Origin: Eledone cirrhosa
Lineage: Eukaryota
NCBI GenBank assembly: GCA_964016885.1
Contig: OZ024740.1
Span: 410,440,001 to 410,504,000, forward strand
Length of the DNA: 64,000 nt
Direction of reading: 5' to 3'
Below are positions 1-17,000 of the stretch, piece after piece (the first letter of the stretch is position 1; every line of letters starts with the position of its first letter). Made by a program: the position numbers and the translations under genes. Below the pieces are notes generated by a model. That model saw only the letters and a list, made by a program, of their open reading frames with translations, was not told the origin of the DNA and searched no databases.

Positions 1-3000
1 CCACACCTTCGACTGCTACTACCACTACAACCACCGCTACTACATCTACAACTACCCCGCCTCCACCCTACTACTACCGCCACTACTACCACCGCTACTA
101 CATCTATAACCACTACACCCTCAACTGCTACTATCACTACTACCACCGCTACTACATCTACAACTACCACACCTTCGACTGCTACTACCACTACTACCAC
201 CGCTAGTACCACTACTACCACCACACCCTCGACTGCTACTACCACTACTACCACAGCAACTACAACAACCAACGCACCCACGACTGCTACTACCATCACT
301 ACCACCGCTACTACATCTACAACCACCACCTTCGACTGCTACTACCACTACTACCACAGCAACTACAACAGCCAACGCACCCTCGACTGCTACTACCACC
401 ATTACCACCGCTACTACATATACAACCACCACACCCTCGACTGCTACTACCACTACTACCACCGCTACATCATCTACAACCACCACACTCTCGACTGCTA
501 CTACCACTACTACCACCACTACCACCGCTACTACATCTACAACCACCACCCTCGACTGCTACTACCACTACTACCACAGCAACTACAACAACCAACGCAC
601 CCTCGACTGCTACCACCAACACTACCACCGCTACTACATCTACAACCACCACCCTCGACTGTTACTACCACTACTACCACAGCAACTACAACAACCAACG
701 CACCCTCGACTGTTACTACCACCACTACCACCGCTACTACATCTACAAACACCACACCCTCGACTGCTACAACCACTGCTACCACCGCTACTACATCTAC
801 AACCACCACACTCTCGACTGCTACTGCCACTACTACCACCACTACCACCACTACTACATCTACAACCACCACACCCTCGACTGCTACCACCACCACTACC
901 ACCGCTACTACATCTACAACCACCACCCTCGACTGCTACTACCACTACTACCACAGCAACTACAACAACCAACGCACCCTTGACTGTTACTACCACCACT
1001 ACCACCGCTACTACATCTACAACCACCACACCCTCGACTGCTACAACCACTGCTACCACCGCTACTACATCTACAACCACCACACCCTCGACTGCTACTA
1101 CCACTGCTACCACCGCTACTACATCTACAACCACCACCCTCAACTGCTACTACCACTACTACCACCGCTACTATATCTACAACCACCACACTCTCGACTG
1201 CTTCTGCCACTACTACCACCACTACCACCACTACTACATCTACAACCACCACCCTCGACTGTTACTACCACTACTACCACAGCAACTACAACAACCAACG
1301 CACTGTCGACTGCTACCACCACCACTACCACCGCTACTACATCTACAACCACCACCCTCGACTGCTACTACCACTACTACCACCGCTACTACATCTACAA
1401 CCACCACACTCTCGACTGCTACTGCCACTACTACCACCACTACCACCACTACTACATCTACAACCACCACCCTCGACTGCTACTACCACTACTACCACAG
1501 CAACTACAACAACCAACGCACCCTCGACTGCTACTACCACTACTACCACGGCTACTACATCTACAACCACCACCCTCGACTGCTACTACCACTACTACCA
1601 CCGCTACTACATCTACAATCACCACCCTCGACTGCTACTACCACCACTACCACCGCTACTACATCTACAACCACCACACCCTCGACTGCTACTACCACTA
1701 CTACCACCGCTACTACATCTACAACCACCACACCCTCGACTGCTACTACCACTACTACCACCGCTACTACATCTACAACCACCACACCCTCGACTGCTAC
1801 TACCACTACTACCACCGCTACTACATCTACAACCACCACTCTCGACTGCTACTACCACTACTACCACCGCTACTACATCTACAACCACCACCCTCGACTG
1901 CTACTACCTCTACTACCACCGCGACTACATCTACAACTACCACACCCTCGACTGCTACTACCTCTACTACCACCGCTACTACATCTACAACCACCACTCT
2001 CGACTGCTACTACCACTACTACCACCGCCACTACATCTACAGCCACCACACTCTCGACTGCTACTACCACTACTACCACCGCTACTACATCTACAACTAC
2101 CCCCACCCCACCCTACCTAACTACTACCGCCGCTACTACCACCGCTACTACATCTACAACCACCACCCTCGACTGCTACTACCACTACTACCACCGCTAC
2201 TACATCTACAGCCACCACACTCTCGACTGCTACTACCACTACTACCACCGCTACTACATCACAACTACCCCCACCCCACCCCACCTAACTACTACCGCCA
2301 CTACTACCACCGCTACTACATCTACAACCACCACCCTCGACTGCTACTACCACTACTACCACCGCTACTACATCTACAGCCACCACACTCTCGACTGCTA
2401 TTACCACTACTACTACCGCTACTACATCTACAACTACCCCCACCCCACCCCACCCAACTACTACCGCCACTACTACCACCGCTACTACATCTACAACCAC
2501 CACCCTCGACTGTTACTACCACTACTACCACCGCTACTACATCTACAACTACCCCAACCCCACCTCACCCCACCCCACCCCACCCAACTACTACCGCCAC
2601 TACTACCACCGCTACTACATCTACAACCACAACCCTCGACTGCTACTACCACTACTACCACCACTACTACATCTACAACTAACCCGCCCCCACCCAACTA
2701 CTACCACCACTACTACCACCGCTACTATATCTACAACCACCACACACCCGACTGCTACTACCACTACTACCACCGCTACTATATCTACAACCACCACACC
2801 TTCGACTGCTACTACCTCTACTACCACCGCTACTACATCTACAACTACCCCCACACTACTACCACCACTACTAACACCACTACTACCACCGCTACTACAT
2901 AAACAACTACCACACCCTCGACTGCTACTACCACTACTACCACCACTACTACATCAACAACTACCACTCTCGACTGCTACTACCACTACTACCACCACTA

Positions 3001-3070
3001 CTACATCAACAACTACCACCCTCGACTGCTACAACCACTACTACCACCACTACTACATCAACAACTACCA
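1..3070. repeat. C/A-rich minisatellite, 54-bp unit with 52-bp and longer variants
   Basis: Repeated CCCTCGACTGCTACTACCACTACTACCACCGCTACTACATCTACAACCACCACA. The 52-bp variants shift the frame, so the Thr-rich reading is not maintained. The array runs off the left edge. Confidence 0.95.
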
Positions 3071-4265
<1,195 letters not shown>

Positions 4266-4320
4266 AAACCCCCCTTCCTATGCCACCCATCGGTATTGAA
4301 TAAACAAAGGACACGTTAAA

Positions 4321-4470
4321 TAATTGTTTCTACTTTTGGCACAAGGCCAGCAATTATTTTATCGACTCCGTAAGGATGAAAGGCAAAGTTAACCTCGGCG
4401 GGATTTGAACTCAGACCGTAATGGGACGTAACTCTTTGCTACAAAGCATGGCGCCAGACCCTCTGCCAAT
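4321..4470 (-). mobile_element. tRNA-derived SINE (family A), internally deleted
   Basis: Minus strand has B-box GAGTTCAAATCC, body GAGGTTAACTTTGCCTTTCATCCTT and tail GGCCTTGTGCCAAAAGTAGAAACAATTA, shared with at least 6 other copies in the window. Confidence 0.9.
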
Positions 4471-4689
4471 TAACATTAATTTATACCCACTGCAACTATT
4501 GTTAAAACCTCTATCATATGTAAGTTTTATATGTTTGTAACTACACTGCCTCAGTGTGAGTGTAGGTCTGTGGATCATATACATATATATACACTAGGTC
4601 AGAACATAAAGGAACCAAACTCCCACTTTCACTGCCTCCGTCTCTCCGTTCTCTCCATCTCTCAGTATTATGAGTAAATCGGGGCCCAC

Positions 4690-4935
4690 GCCCTGGCTAC
4701 CCTGCGGCCCCGGCGGCGGACAGAAGAGGGAAGGTGTCTCCCCGGAGGATGGAGAGGGAGACACGCTGGAAGAGCCATTTAGGTCACGAGGCTCACACCT
4801 GCGGATAGCCAACACTGTTGTGAGTAGGACTCCAGAAATCCCCATTGTTACGGGCTCGACCTCAAACCTATCGGAAAGCGACCGATATTTGGAGAGTTTA
4901 CCCTCCTCGGCCCGATGAGCGACGGAGTTCCTACA
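4690..4935 (-). pseudogene. CRE-clade-like non-LTR retrotransposon 3' fragment (restriction-like endonuclease C-terminus)
   Basis: Minus translation AHRAEEGKLSKYRSLSDRF...(frameshift)KWLFQRVSLSILRGD aligns with the copy at 41988-42281. Confidence 0.7.
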
Positions 4936-5029
4936 TTTCCCACCTCCTTGTGTGTCCCCGCTCCCGTTTTATTTTTCTCGACATTTGTATCTTTCGTCAC
5001 TCCAGCCTCCACCATCTTACATCCTCTAT

Positions 5030-8000
5030 CTCCCACCACTCCAACTTTTCTATTTCCCACCACTTCATATTATTTTCTTCCACCAATTCATCTATTGTAT
5101 TTTCCACCACACATTTTGTGTCTACCACCACTCCACTCCACATTTTGTGTCTTCCACCACTCCACATTTTGTGTCTTTCATCACTCCACTCCACATTTTG
5201 TGTCTTCCGCCACTCCACATTTTATGTCTTCCACCACTCCACATTTTGTATTTTCCACCACTCCATTTTTGCATCTTCTACCACTCCACATTTTGTGTCT
5301 TCCACCACTCCACATTTTGTGTCTTTCATCACTCCACTCCACATTTTGTGTGTTCCGCCACTCCACATTTTATGTCTTCCACCACTCCACATTTTGTGTC
5401 TTCTACCACTCCACATTTTGTGTCTTCCACCACTCTACATTTTGTGTCTTCCACCACTCCACGTTTTGTGTCTTCCACCACTCCAGCTTTTGCATCTTCT
5501 ACCACTCCACATTTTGTGTCTTCCACCACTCCACTCCACATTTTGTGTCTTCCATCCCTCCACTCCCCAATTTGTGTCTTCCACCACTCCACATTTTGTG
5601 TCTTCCATCACCCCACTCCACATTTTGTGTCTTTCACCACTCCACATTTTGTATTTTCCACCACTCCACATTTTGTGTCTTCTACCACTCCACATTTTGT
5701 GTCTTCCATCAATCCACATTTTCTGTCTTCCACCACTCCACATTTTGTGTCTTCCACCACTCCACATTTTGTGTCTTTCATCACTCCACTCCACATTTTG
5801 TGTGTTCCGCCACTCCACATTTTATGTCTTCCACCACTCCACATTTTGTGTCTTCTACCACTCCACATTTTGTGTCTTCCACCACTCCACGTTTTGTGTC
5901 TTCCACCACTCCAGCTTTTGCATCTTCTACCACTCCACATTTTGTGTCTTCCACCAATCCACTCCGCATTTTGTGTCTTCCATCCCTCCACTCCCCAATT
6001 TGTGTCTTCCACCACTCCACATTTTGTGTCTTCCATCACCCCACTCCACATTTTGTGTCTTTCACCACTCCACATTTTGTATTTTCCACCACTCCACATT
6101 TTGTGTCTTCTACCACTCCACATGTTGTGTCTTCCACCACTCCACATTTTGTGTCTTTCATCACTCCACTCCACATTTTGTGTGTTCCGCCACTCCACAT
6201 TTTATGTCTTCCACCACTCCACATTTTGTGTCTTCTACCACTCCACATTTTGTGTCTTCCACCACTCCACGTTTTGTGTCTTCCACCACTCCAGCTTTTG
6301 CATCTTCTACCACTCCACATTTTGTGTCTTCCACCACTCCACTCCGCATTTTGTGTCTTCCATCCCTCCACTCCCCAATTTGTGTCTTCCACCACTCCAC
6401 ATTTTGTGTCTTCCATCACCCCACTCCACATTTTGTGTCTTTCACCACTCCACATTTTGTATTTTCCACCACTCCACACTTTGTGTCTTCTACCACTCCA
6501 CATTTTGTGTCTTCCACCAATCCACATTTTCTGTCTTCCATCACTCCACTCCATATTTTGTGTCTTCCACCACTCCACTCCGCATTTTGTGTCTTCCATC
6601 CCTCCACTCCACATTTTGTGTCTTCCATCACTCTACATTTTATGTCTTCCACCACTCCACATTTTGTATCTTCCACCACTCCACATTTTGTGTCTTCCAC
6701 CACTCCACATTTTATGTCTTCCACCACTCCACATTTTGTGTCTTCTACCACTCCACATTTTGTGTCTTCCACCATTCTACATTTTGTGTCTTCCACCACT
6801 CCACATTTTGTGTCTTCCATCACTCATCACTCCACTCCACATTTTGTGTCTTCCATCACTCAACATTTTGTATTTTCCACCACTCGAGCTTTTGATCTTC
6901 TACCACTCCACATTTTGTGTCTTCCACCACTCCAGCTTTTGCATCTTCTACCACTCCACATTTTGTGTCTTCCATCCCTCCACTCCACAATTTGTTTCTT
7001 CCACCACTCCACATTTTGTGTCTTCCATCAACCCACTCCACATTTTGTGTCTTTCACCACTCCACATTTTGTATTTTCCACCCCTACAGCTTTTGCATCT
7101 TCTACCACTCCACATTTTGTGTCTTCCAACAATCCACATTTTCTGTCTTCCATCACTCCACTCCATATTTTGTGTCTTCCACCATTCCAGATTTTATGCC
7201 TTCCACCACTCCACATTTTGTGTCTTCTACCACTCCACATTTTGTGTCTTCCACCACTTTACATTTTGTGTCTTCCACCACTCCACATTTTGTGTCTTCC
7301 ACCACTCCAGCTTTTGCATCTTCTACCACTCCACACATTTTGTGTCTTCCACCACTCCACTCCACTCCGCATTTTGTGTTTTCCATCCCTCCACCCCGCA
7401 ATTTGTGTCTTCCACCACTCCACATTTTGTGTCTTCCATCACCCCACTCCACATTTTGTGTCTTTCACCACACCACATTTTGTATTTTCCACCACTCCAA
7501 ATTTTCCATCTTCTACCACTCCACATTTTGTTTATTCCACCAGTCCACTCCACATTTTGTGTCTTCCACCACTCCACTCCACATGTTGTGTCTTCCACCA
7601 CTCCACATTTTATGTCTTCCACCACTCCACATTTTGTGTCTTCCCCCACTCCACATTTTATGTCTTCCACCACTCCACATTTTGTGTCTTCCACCACTCT
7701 ACATTTTGTGTCTTCCACCACTCCACATTTTGTGTCTTCCACCACTCCAGCTTTTGCATCTTCTACCACTCCACACTTTGTGTCTTCCATCACTCATCAC
7801 TCCACTCCACATTTTGTGTCTTCCACCACTCAACATTTTGTATTTTCCACCACTCCAGCTTTTGATCTTCTACCACTCCACATTTTGTGTCTTCCACCAA
7901 TCCACATTTTGTGTCTTCCATCACTCCACATTTTGTGTCTTCCACCACTCTACATTTTGTGTCTACCACAACTCCATATTTTGTGTCTTCCACCACTCCA

Positions 8001-11000
8001 CATTTTGTGTCTTCCATCATTCCACTCCACATTACGTGTCTTCCACCACTCCACATTTTGTGTCTTCTACCACTCTATATTTTGTGTCTTCCACCACTCC
8101 ACATTTTGTGTATTCCACCACTCCAGCTTTTGCATCTTCTACCACTCCACATTTTGTGTCTTCCATCACCCCACTCCACATTTTGTGTCTTTCACCACAC
8201 CACATTTTGTATTTTCCACCACTCCAACTTTTCCATCTTCTACCACTCCATATTTTGTGTCTTCCACCAGTCCACTCCACATTTTGTGTCTTCCACCACT
8301 CCAAATTTTCTGTCTTCTATCACTCCACTCCATATTTTGTGTCTTCCACCACTCCACTCCACATGTTGTGTCTTCCACCACTCCACATTTTGTGTCTTCC
8401 ACCACTCCACATTTTGTATCTTCCACCACTTCACATTTTGTGTCTTCCACCACTCCACATTTTATGTCTTCCACCACTCCACATTTTATGTCTTCTACCA
8501 CTCCACATTTTGTGTCTTCCACCACTCTACATTTTGTGTCTTCCACCACTCCACATTTTGTGTCTTCCATCACTCATCACTCCACTCCACATTTTGTGTC
8601 TTCCACCACTCAACATTTTGTATTTTCCACCACTCCAGCTTTTGATCTTCTACCACTCCACATTTTGTGTCTTCCACCACTCCAGCTTTTGCATCTTCTA
8701 CCACTCCACATTTTGTGTCTTCCATCCCTCCACTTCTCAATTTGTTTCTTCCACCACTCCACATTTTGTGTCTTTCATCAACCCACTCCACATTTTGTGT
8801 CTTTCACCACTCCACATTTTGTATTTTCCACCCCTCCAGCTTTTGCATCTTCTACCACTCCACATTTTGTGTCTTCCACCAATCCACATTTTCTGTCTTC
8901 CATCACTCCACTCCATATTTTGTGTCTTCCACCATTCCACATTTTATGTCTTCCACCACTCCACATTTTGTGTCTTCTACCACTCCACATTTTGTGTCTT
9001 CCACCACTCCACATTTTGTGTCTTCCACCACTCCAGCTTTTGCATCTTCTACCACTCCACATTTTGTGTCTTCCACCACTCCACTCCACATGTTGTGTCT
9101 TCCACCACTCCACATTTTATGTCTTCCACCACTCCACATTTTGTATCTTCCACCACTCCACATTTTGTGTCTTCCACCACTCCACATTTTATGTCTTCCA
9201 CCACTCCACATTTTGTGTCTTCTACCACTCCACATTTTGTGTCTTCCACCATTCTACATTTTGTGTCTTCCACCACTCCACATTTTGTGTCTTCCATCAC
9301 TCATCACTCCACTCCACATTTTGTGTCTTCCATCACTCAACATTTTATATTTTCCACCACTCCAGCTTTTGATCTTCTACCACTCCACATTTTGTGTCTT
9401 CCACCACTCCAGCTTTTGCATCTTCTACCACTCCACATTTTGTGTCTTCCATCCCTCCACTCCACAATTTGTTTCTTCCACCACTCCACATTTTGTGTCT
9501 TCCATCAACCCACTCCACATTTTGTGTCTTTCAACACTCCACATTTTGTATTTTCCACCCCTCCAGCTTTTGCATCTTCTACCACTCCACATTTTGTGTC
9601 TTCCAACAATCCACATTTTGTGTCTTCCACCACTCCAGATTTTATGTCTTCCACCACTCCACATTTTGTGTCTTCTACCACTCCACATTTTGTGTCTTCC
9701 ACCACTTTACATTTTGTGTCTTCCACCACTCCACATTTTGTGTCTTCCACCACTCCAGCTTTTGCATCTTCTACCACTCCACACATTTTGTGTCTTCCAC
9801 CACTCCACTCCACTCCGCATTTTGTGTTTTCCATCCCTCCACCCCCCAATTTGTGTCTTCCACCACTCCACATTTTGTGTCTTCCATCACCCCACTCCAC
9901 AATTTGTGTCTTTCACCACACCACATTTTGTATTTTCCACCACTCCAAATTTTCCATCTTCTACCACTCCACATTTTGTGTATTCCACCAGTCCAGTCCA
10001 CATTTTGTGTCTTCCACCACTCCACTCCACATGTTGTGTCTTCCACCACTCCACATTTTATGTCTTCCACCACTCCACATTTTGTGTCTTCCCCCACTCC
10101 ACATTTTATGTCTTCCACCACTCCACATTTTGTGTCTTCCACTACTCTACATTTTGTGTCTTCCACCACTCCACATTTTGTGTCTTCCACCACTCCAGCT
10201 TTTGCATCTTCTACCACTCCACACTTTGTGTCTTCCATCACTCATCACTCCACTCCACATTTTGTGTCTTCCACCACTCAACATTTTGTATTTTCCACCA
10301 CTCCAGCTTTTGATCTTCTACCACTCCACATATTGTGTCTTCCACCAATCCACATTTTGTGTCTTCCATCACTCCACTCCACATTTTGTGTCTTCCTTCA
10401 CTCCACATTTTGTGTCTTCCACCACTCTACATTTTGTGTCTACCACAACTCCATATTTTGTGTCTTCCACCACTCCACATTTTGTGTCTTCCATCATTCC
10501 ACTCCACATTACGTGTCTTCCACCACTCCACATTTTGTGTCTTCTACCACTCTATATTTTGTGTCTTCCACCACTCCACATTTTGTGTATTCCACCACTC
10601 CAGCTTTTGCATCTTCTACCACTCCACATTTTGTGTCTTCCATCACCCCACTCCACATTTTGTGTCTTTCACCACACCACATTTTGTATTTTCCACCACT
10701 CCAACTTTTCCATCTTCTACCACTCCATATTTTGTGTCTTCCACCAGTCCACTCCACATTTTGTGTCTTCCACCACTCCAAATTTTCTGTCTTCTATCAC
10801 TCCACTCCATATTTTGTGTCTTCCACCACTCCACTCCACATGTTGTGTCTTCCACCACTCCACATTTTGTGTCTTCCTCCACTCCACATTTTGTATCTTC
10901 CACCACTTCACATTTTGTGTCTTCCACCACTCCACATTTTATGTCTTCCACCACTCCACATTTTATGTCTTCTACCACTCCACATTTTGTGTCTTCCACC

Positions 11001-14000
11001 ACTCTACATTTTGTGTCTTCCACCACTCCACATTTTGTATTTTCCACCACTCCAGCTTTTGATCTTCTACCACTCCACATTTTGTGTCTTCCACCAATCC
11101 ACATTTTGTGTCTTCCATCACTCCACATTTTGTGTCTTCCACCACTCTACATTTTGTGTCTACCACAACTCCATATTTTGTGTCTTCCACCACTCCACAT
11201 TTTGTGTCTTCCATCATTCCACTCCACATTACGTGTCTTCCACCACTCCACATTTTGTGTCTTCTACCACTCTATATTTTGTGTCTTCCACCACTCCACA
11301 TTTTGTGTATTCCACCACTCCAGCTTTTGCATCTTCTACCACTCCACATTTTGTGTCTTCCATCACCCCACTCCACATTTTGTGTCTTTCACCACACCAC
11401 ATTTTGTATTTTCCACCACTCCAACTTTTCCATCTTCTACCACTCCATATTTTGTGTCTTCCACCAGTCCACTCCACATTTTGTGTCTTCCACCACTCCA
11501 AATTTTCTGTCTTCTATCACTCCACTCCATATTTTGTGTCTTCCACCACTCCACTCCACATGTTGTGTCTTCCACCACTCCACATTTTGTGTCTTCCACC
11601 ACTCCACATTTTGTATCTTCCACCACTTCACATTTTGTGTCTTCCACCACTCCACATTTTATGTCTTCCACCACTCCACATTTTATGTCTTCTACCACTC
11701 CACATTTTGTGTCTTCCACCACTCTACATTTTGTGTCTTCCACCACTCCACATTTTGTGTCTTCCATCACTCATCACTCCACTCCACATTTTGTGTCTTC
11801 CACCACTCAACATTTTGTATTTTCCACCACTCCAGCTTTTGATCTTCTACCACTCCACATTTTGTGTCTTCCACCACTCCAGCTTTTGCATCTTCTACCA
11901 CTCCACATTTTGTGTCTTCCATCCCTCCACTTCTCAATTTGTTTCTTCCACCACTCCACATTTTGTGTCTTTCATCAACCCACTCCACATTTTGTGTCTT
12001 TCACCACTCCACATTTTGTATTTTCCACCCCTCCAGCTTTTGCATCTTCTACCACTCCACATTTTGTGTCTTCCACCAATCCACATTTTCTGTCTTCCAT
12101 CACTCCACTCCATATTTTGTGTCTTCCACCATTCCACATTTTATGTCTTCCACCACTCCACATTTTGTGTCTTCTACCACTCCACATTTTGTGTCTTCCA
12201 CCACTCCACATTTTGTGTCTTCCACCACTCCAGCTTTTGCATCTTCTACCACTCCACATTTTGTGTCTTCCACCACTCCACTCCACATGTTGTGTCTTCC
12301 ACCACTCCACATTTTATGTCTTCCACCACTCCACATTTTGTATCTTCCACCACTCCACATTTTGTGTCTTCCACCACTCCACATTTTATGTCTTCCACCA
12401 CTCCACATTTTGTGTCTTCTACCACTCCACATTTTGTGTCTTCCACCATTCTACATTTTGTGTCTTCCACCACTCCACATTTTGTGTCTTCCATCACTCA
12501 TCACTCCACTCCACATTTTGTGTCTTCCATCACTCAACATTTTATATTTTCCACCACTCCAGCTTTTGATCTTCTACCACTCCACATTTTGTGTCTTCCA
12601 CCACTCCAGCTTTTGCATCTTCTACCACTCCACATTTTGTGTCTTCCATCCCTCCACTCCACAATTTGTTTCTTCCACCACTCCACATTTTGTGTCTTCC
12701 ATCAACCCACTCCACATTTTGTGTCTTTCAACACTCCACATTTTGTATTTTCCACCCCTCCAGCTTTTGCATCTTCTACCACTCCACATTTTGTGTCTTC
12801 CAACAATCCACATTTTGTGTCTTCCACCACTCCAGATTTTATGTCTTCCACCACTCCACATTTTGTGTCTTCTACCACTCCACATTTTGTGTCTTCCACC
12901 ACTTTACATTTTGTGTCTTCCACCACTCCACATTTTGTGTCTTCCACCACTCCAGCTTTTGCATCTTCTACCACTCCACACATTTTGTGTCTTCCACCAC
13001 TCCACTCCACTCCGCATTTTGTGTTTTCCATCCCTCCACCCCCCAATTTGTGTCTTCCACCACTCCACATTTTGTGTCTTCCATCACCCCACTCCACAAT
13101 TTGTGTCTTTCACCACACCACATTTTGTATTTTCCACCACTCCAAATTTTCCATCTTCTACCACTCCACATTTTGTGTATTCCACCAGTCCAGTCCACAT
13201 TTTGTGTCTTCCACCACTCCACTCCACATGTTGTGTCTTCCACCACTCCACATTTTATGTCTTCCACCACTCCACATTTTGTGTCTTCCCCCACTCCACA
13301 TTTTATGTCTTCCACCACTCCACATTTTGTGTCTTCCACTACTCTACATTTTGTGTCTTCCACCACTCCACATTTTGTGTCTTCCACCACTCCAGCTTTT
13401 GCATCTTCTACCACTCCACACTTTGTGTCTTCCATCACTCATCACTCCACTCCACATTTTGTGTCTTCCACCACTCAACATTTTGTATTTTCCACCACTC
13501 CAGCTTTTGATCTTCTACCACTCCACATATTGTGTCTTCCACCAATCCACATTTTGTGTCTTCCATCACTCCACTCCACATTTTGTGTCTTCCTTCACTC
13601 CACATTTTGTGTCTTCCACCACTCTACATTTTGTGTCTACCACAACTCCATATTTTGTGTCTTCCACCACTCCACATTTTGTGTCTTCCATCATTCCACT
13701 CCACATTACGTGTCTTCCACCACTCCACATTTTGTGTCTTCTACCACTCTATATTTTGTGTCTTCCACCACTCCACATTTTGTGTCTTCCACCACTCCAG
13801 CTTTTGCATCTTCTACCACTCCACATTTTGTGTCTTCCATCACCCCACTCCACATTTTGTGTCTTTCACCACACCACATTTTGTATTTTCCACCACTCCA
13901 ACTTTTCCATCTTCTACCACTCCATATTTTGTGTCTTCCACCAGTCCACTCCACATTTTGTGTCTTCCACCACTCCACATTTTCTGTCTTCCATCACTCC

Positions 14001-17000
14001 ACTCCATATTTTGTGTCTTCCACCACTCCACTCCACATGTTGTGTCTTCCACCACTCCACATTTTGTGTCTTCCACCACTCCACATTTTGTATCTTCCAC
14101 CACTACACATTTTGTGTCTTCCACCACTCCACATTTTATGTCTTCCACCACTCCACATTTTGTGTCTTCTACCACTCCACATTTTGTGTCTTCCACCACT
14201 CTACATTTTGTGTCTTCCACCGCTCCACATTTTGTGTCTTCCATCACTCATCACTCCACTCCACATTTTGTGTCTTCCACCACTCAACATTTTGTATTTT
14301 CCACCACTCCAGCTTTTGATCTTCTACCACTCCACATTTTGTGTCTTCCATCCCTCCACTCCCCAATTTGTTTCTTCCACCACTCCACATTTTGTGTCTT
14401 CCATCAACCCACTCCACATTTTGTGTCTTTCACCACTCCACATTTTGTATTTTCCACCCCTCCAGCTTTTGCATCTTCTACCACTCCACATTTTGTGTCT
14501 TCCACCAATCCACATTTTCTGTCTTCCATCACTCCACTCCATATTTTGTGTCTTCCACCATTCCACATTTTATGTCTTCCACCACTCCACATTTTGTTTC
14601 TTCTACCACTCCACATTTTGTGTCTTCCACCACTCCAGATTTTGTGTCTTCCACCACTCCAGCTTTTGCATCTTCTACCACTCCACATTTTGTGTCTTCC
14701 ACCACTCCACTCCACATGTTGTGTCTTCCACCACTCCACATTTTATGTCTTCCACCACTCCACATTTTGTGTCTTCCATCACCCCACTCCACATTTTGTG
14801 TCTTTCACCACACCACATTTTGTATTTTCCACCACTCCAAATTTTCCATCTTCTACCACTCCACATTTTGTGTATTCCACCAGTCCACTCCACATTTTGT
14901 GTCTTCCACCACTCAACATTTTCTGTCTTCCATCACTCCACTCCATATTTTGTGTCTTCCCTTCCACCACTCCACTCCACATGTTGTGTCTTCCACCACT
15001 CCACATTTTATGTCTTCCACCACTCCACATTTTGTGTCTTCCCCCACTCCACATTTTGTGTCTTCCATCACTCCACATTTTATGTATTCCACCACTCCAC
15101 ATTTTGTGTCTTCTACCACTCCACATTTTGTGTCTTCCACCACTCCACATTTTGTGTCTTCCACCACTCCAGCTTTTGCATCTTCTACCACTCCACACTT
15201 TGTGTCTTCCATCACTCATCACTCCACTCCACATTTTGTGTCTTCCAACACTCAACATTTTGTATTTTCCACCACTCCAGCTTTTGATCTTCTAACACTC
15301 CACATTTTGTGTCTTCCATCACTCCACTCCACATTTTGTGTCTTCCTTCACTCCACATTTTGTGTCTTCCACCACTCTACATTTTGTGTCTACCACAACT
15401 CCATATTTTGTGTCTTCCACCACTCCACATTTTGTGTCTTCCATCATTCCACTCCACATTACGTGTCTTCCACCACTCCACATTTTGTGTCTTCTACCAC
15501 TCTATATTTTGTGTCTTCCACCACTCCACATTTTGTGTCTTCCACCACTCCAGCTTTTGCCTCTTCTACCACTCCACATTTTGTGTCTTCCATCACCCCA
15601 CTCCACATTTTGTGTCTTCCACCACTCCACATTTTCTGTCTTCCACCACTCCACATTTTGTATCTTCCACCACTCCATATTTTGTGTCTTCCACCACTCC
15701 ACATTTTATGTCTTCCACCACTCCACATTTTGTGTCTTCTACCACTCCACATTTTGTGTCTTCCACCACTCTACATTTTGTGTCTTCCACCACTCCACAT
15801 TTTGTGTCTTCCATCACTCATCACTCCACTCCACATTTTGTGTCTTCCACCACTCAACATTTAGTATTTTCCACCACTCCAGCTTTTGATCTTCTACCAC
15901 TCCACATTTTGTGTCTTCCACCACTCCAGCTTTTGCATCTTCTACCACTCCACATTTTGTGTCTTCCATCCCTCCACTCCCCAATTTGTTTCTTCCACCA
16001 CTCCACATTTTGTGTCTTCCATCAACCCACTCCACATTTTGTGTCTTTCACCACTCCACATTTTGTATTTTCCACCCCTCCAGCTTTTGCATCTTCTACC
16101 ACTCCACATTTTGTGTCTTCCACCAATCCACATTTTCTGTCTTCCATCACTCCACTCCATATTTTGTGTCTTCCACCATTCCACATTTTATGTCTTCCAC
16201 CACTCCACATTTTGTGTCTTCTACCACTCCACATTTTGTGTCTTCCACCACTCCACATTTTGTGTCTTCCACCACTCCAGCTTTTGCATCTTTTACCACT
16301 CCACATTTTGTGTCTTCCACCACTCCACTCCACTCCGCATTTTGTGTTTTCTATCCCTCCACCCCCCAATTTGTGTCCTCCACCACTCCACATTTTGTGT
16401 CTTCCATCAACCCACTCCACATTTTGTGTCTTTCACCACTCCACATTTTGTATTTTCCACCCCTCCAGCTTTTGCATCTTCTACCACTCCACATTTTGTG
16501 TCTTCCACCAATCCACATTTTCTGTCTTCCATCACTCCACTCCATATTTTGTGTCTTCCACCATTCCACATTTTATGTCTTCCACCACTCCACATTTTGT
16601 GTCTTCTACCACTCCACATTTTGTGTCTTCCACCACTCCACATTTTGTGTCTTCCACCACTCCAGCTTTTGCATCTTCTACCACTCCACATTTTGTGTCT
16701 TCCATCACTCATGACTCCACTCCACATTTTGTGTCTTCCACCACTCAACATTTTGTATTTTCCACCACTCCAGCTTTTGATCTTCTACCACTCCACATTT
16801 TGTGTCTTCCACCACTCCACATTTTGTGTCTTCCACCACTCCACTCCACATTTTGTCTCTTCCTTCACTCCACATTTTGTGTCTTCCACCACTCTACATT
16901 TTGTGTCTACCACAACTCCATATTTTGTGTCTTCCATCACTCCACATTTTGTGTCTTCCATCATTCCACTCCACATTACGTGTCTTCCACCACTCCACAT

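Noticed and set aside
980-2902. 640-aa Thr-rich mucin-like ORF
   Set aside because: It cycles through all three readings of the repeat via 52-bp units; no true start or domain
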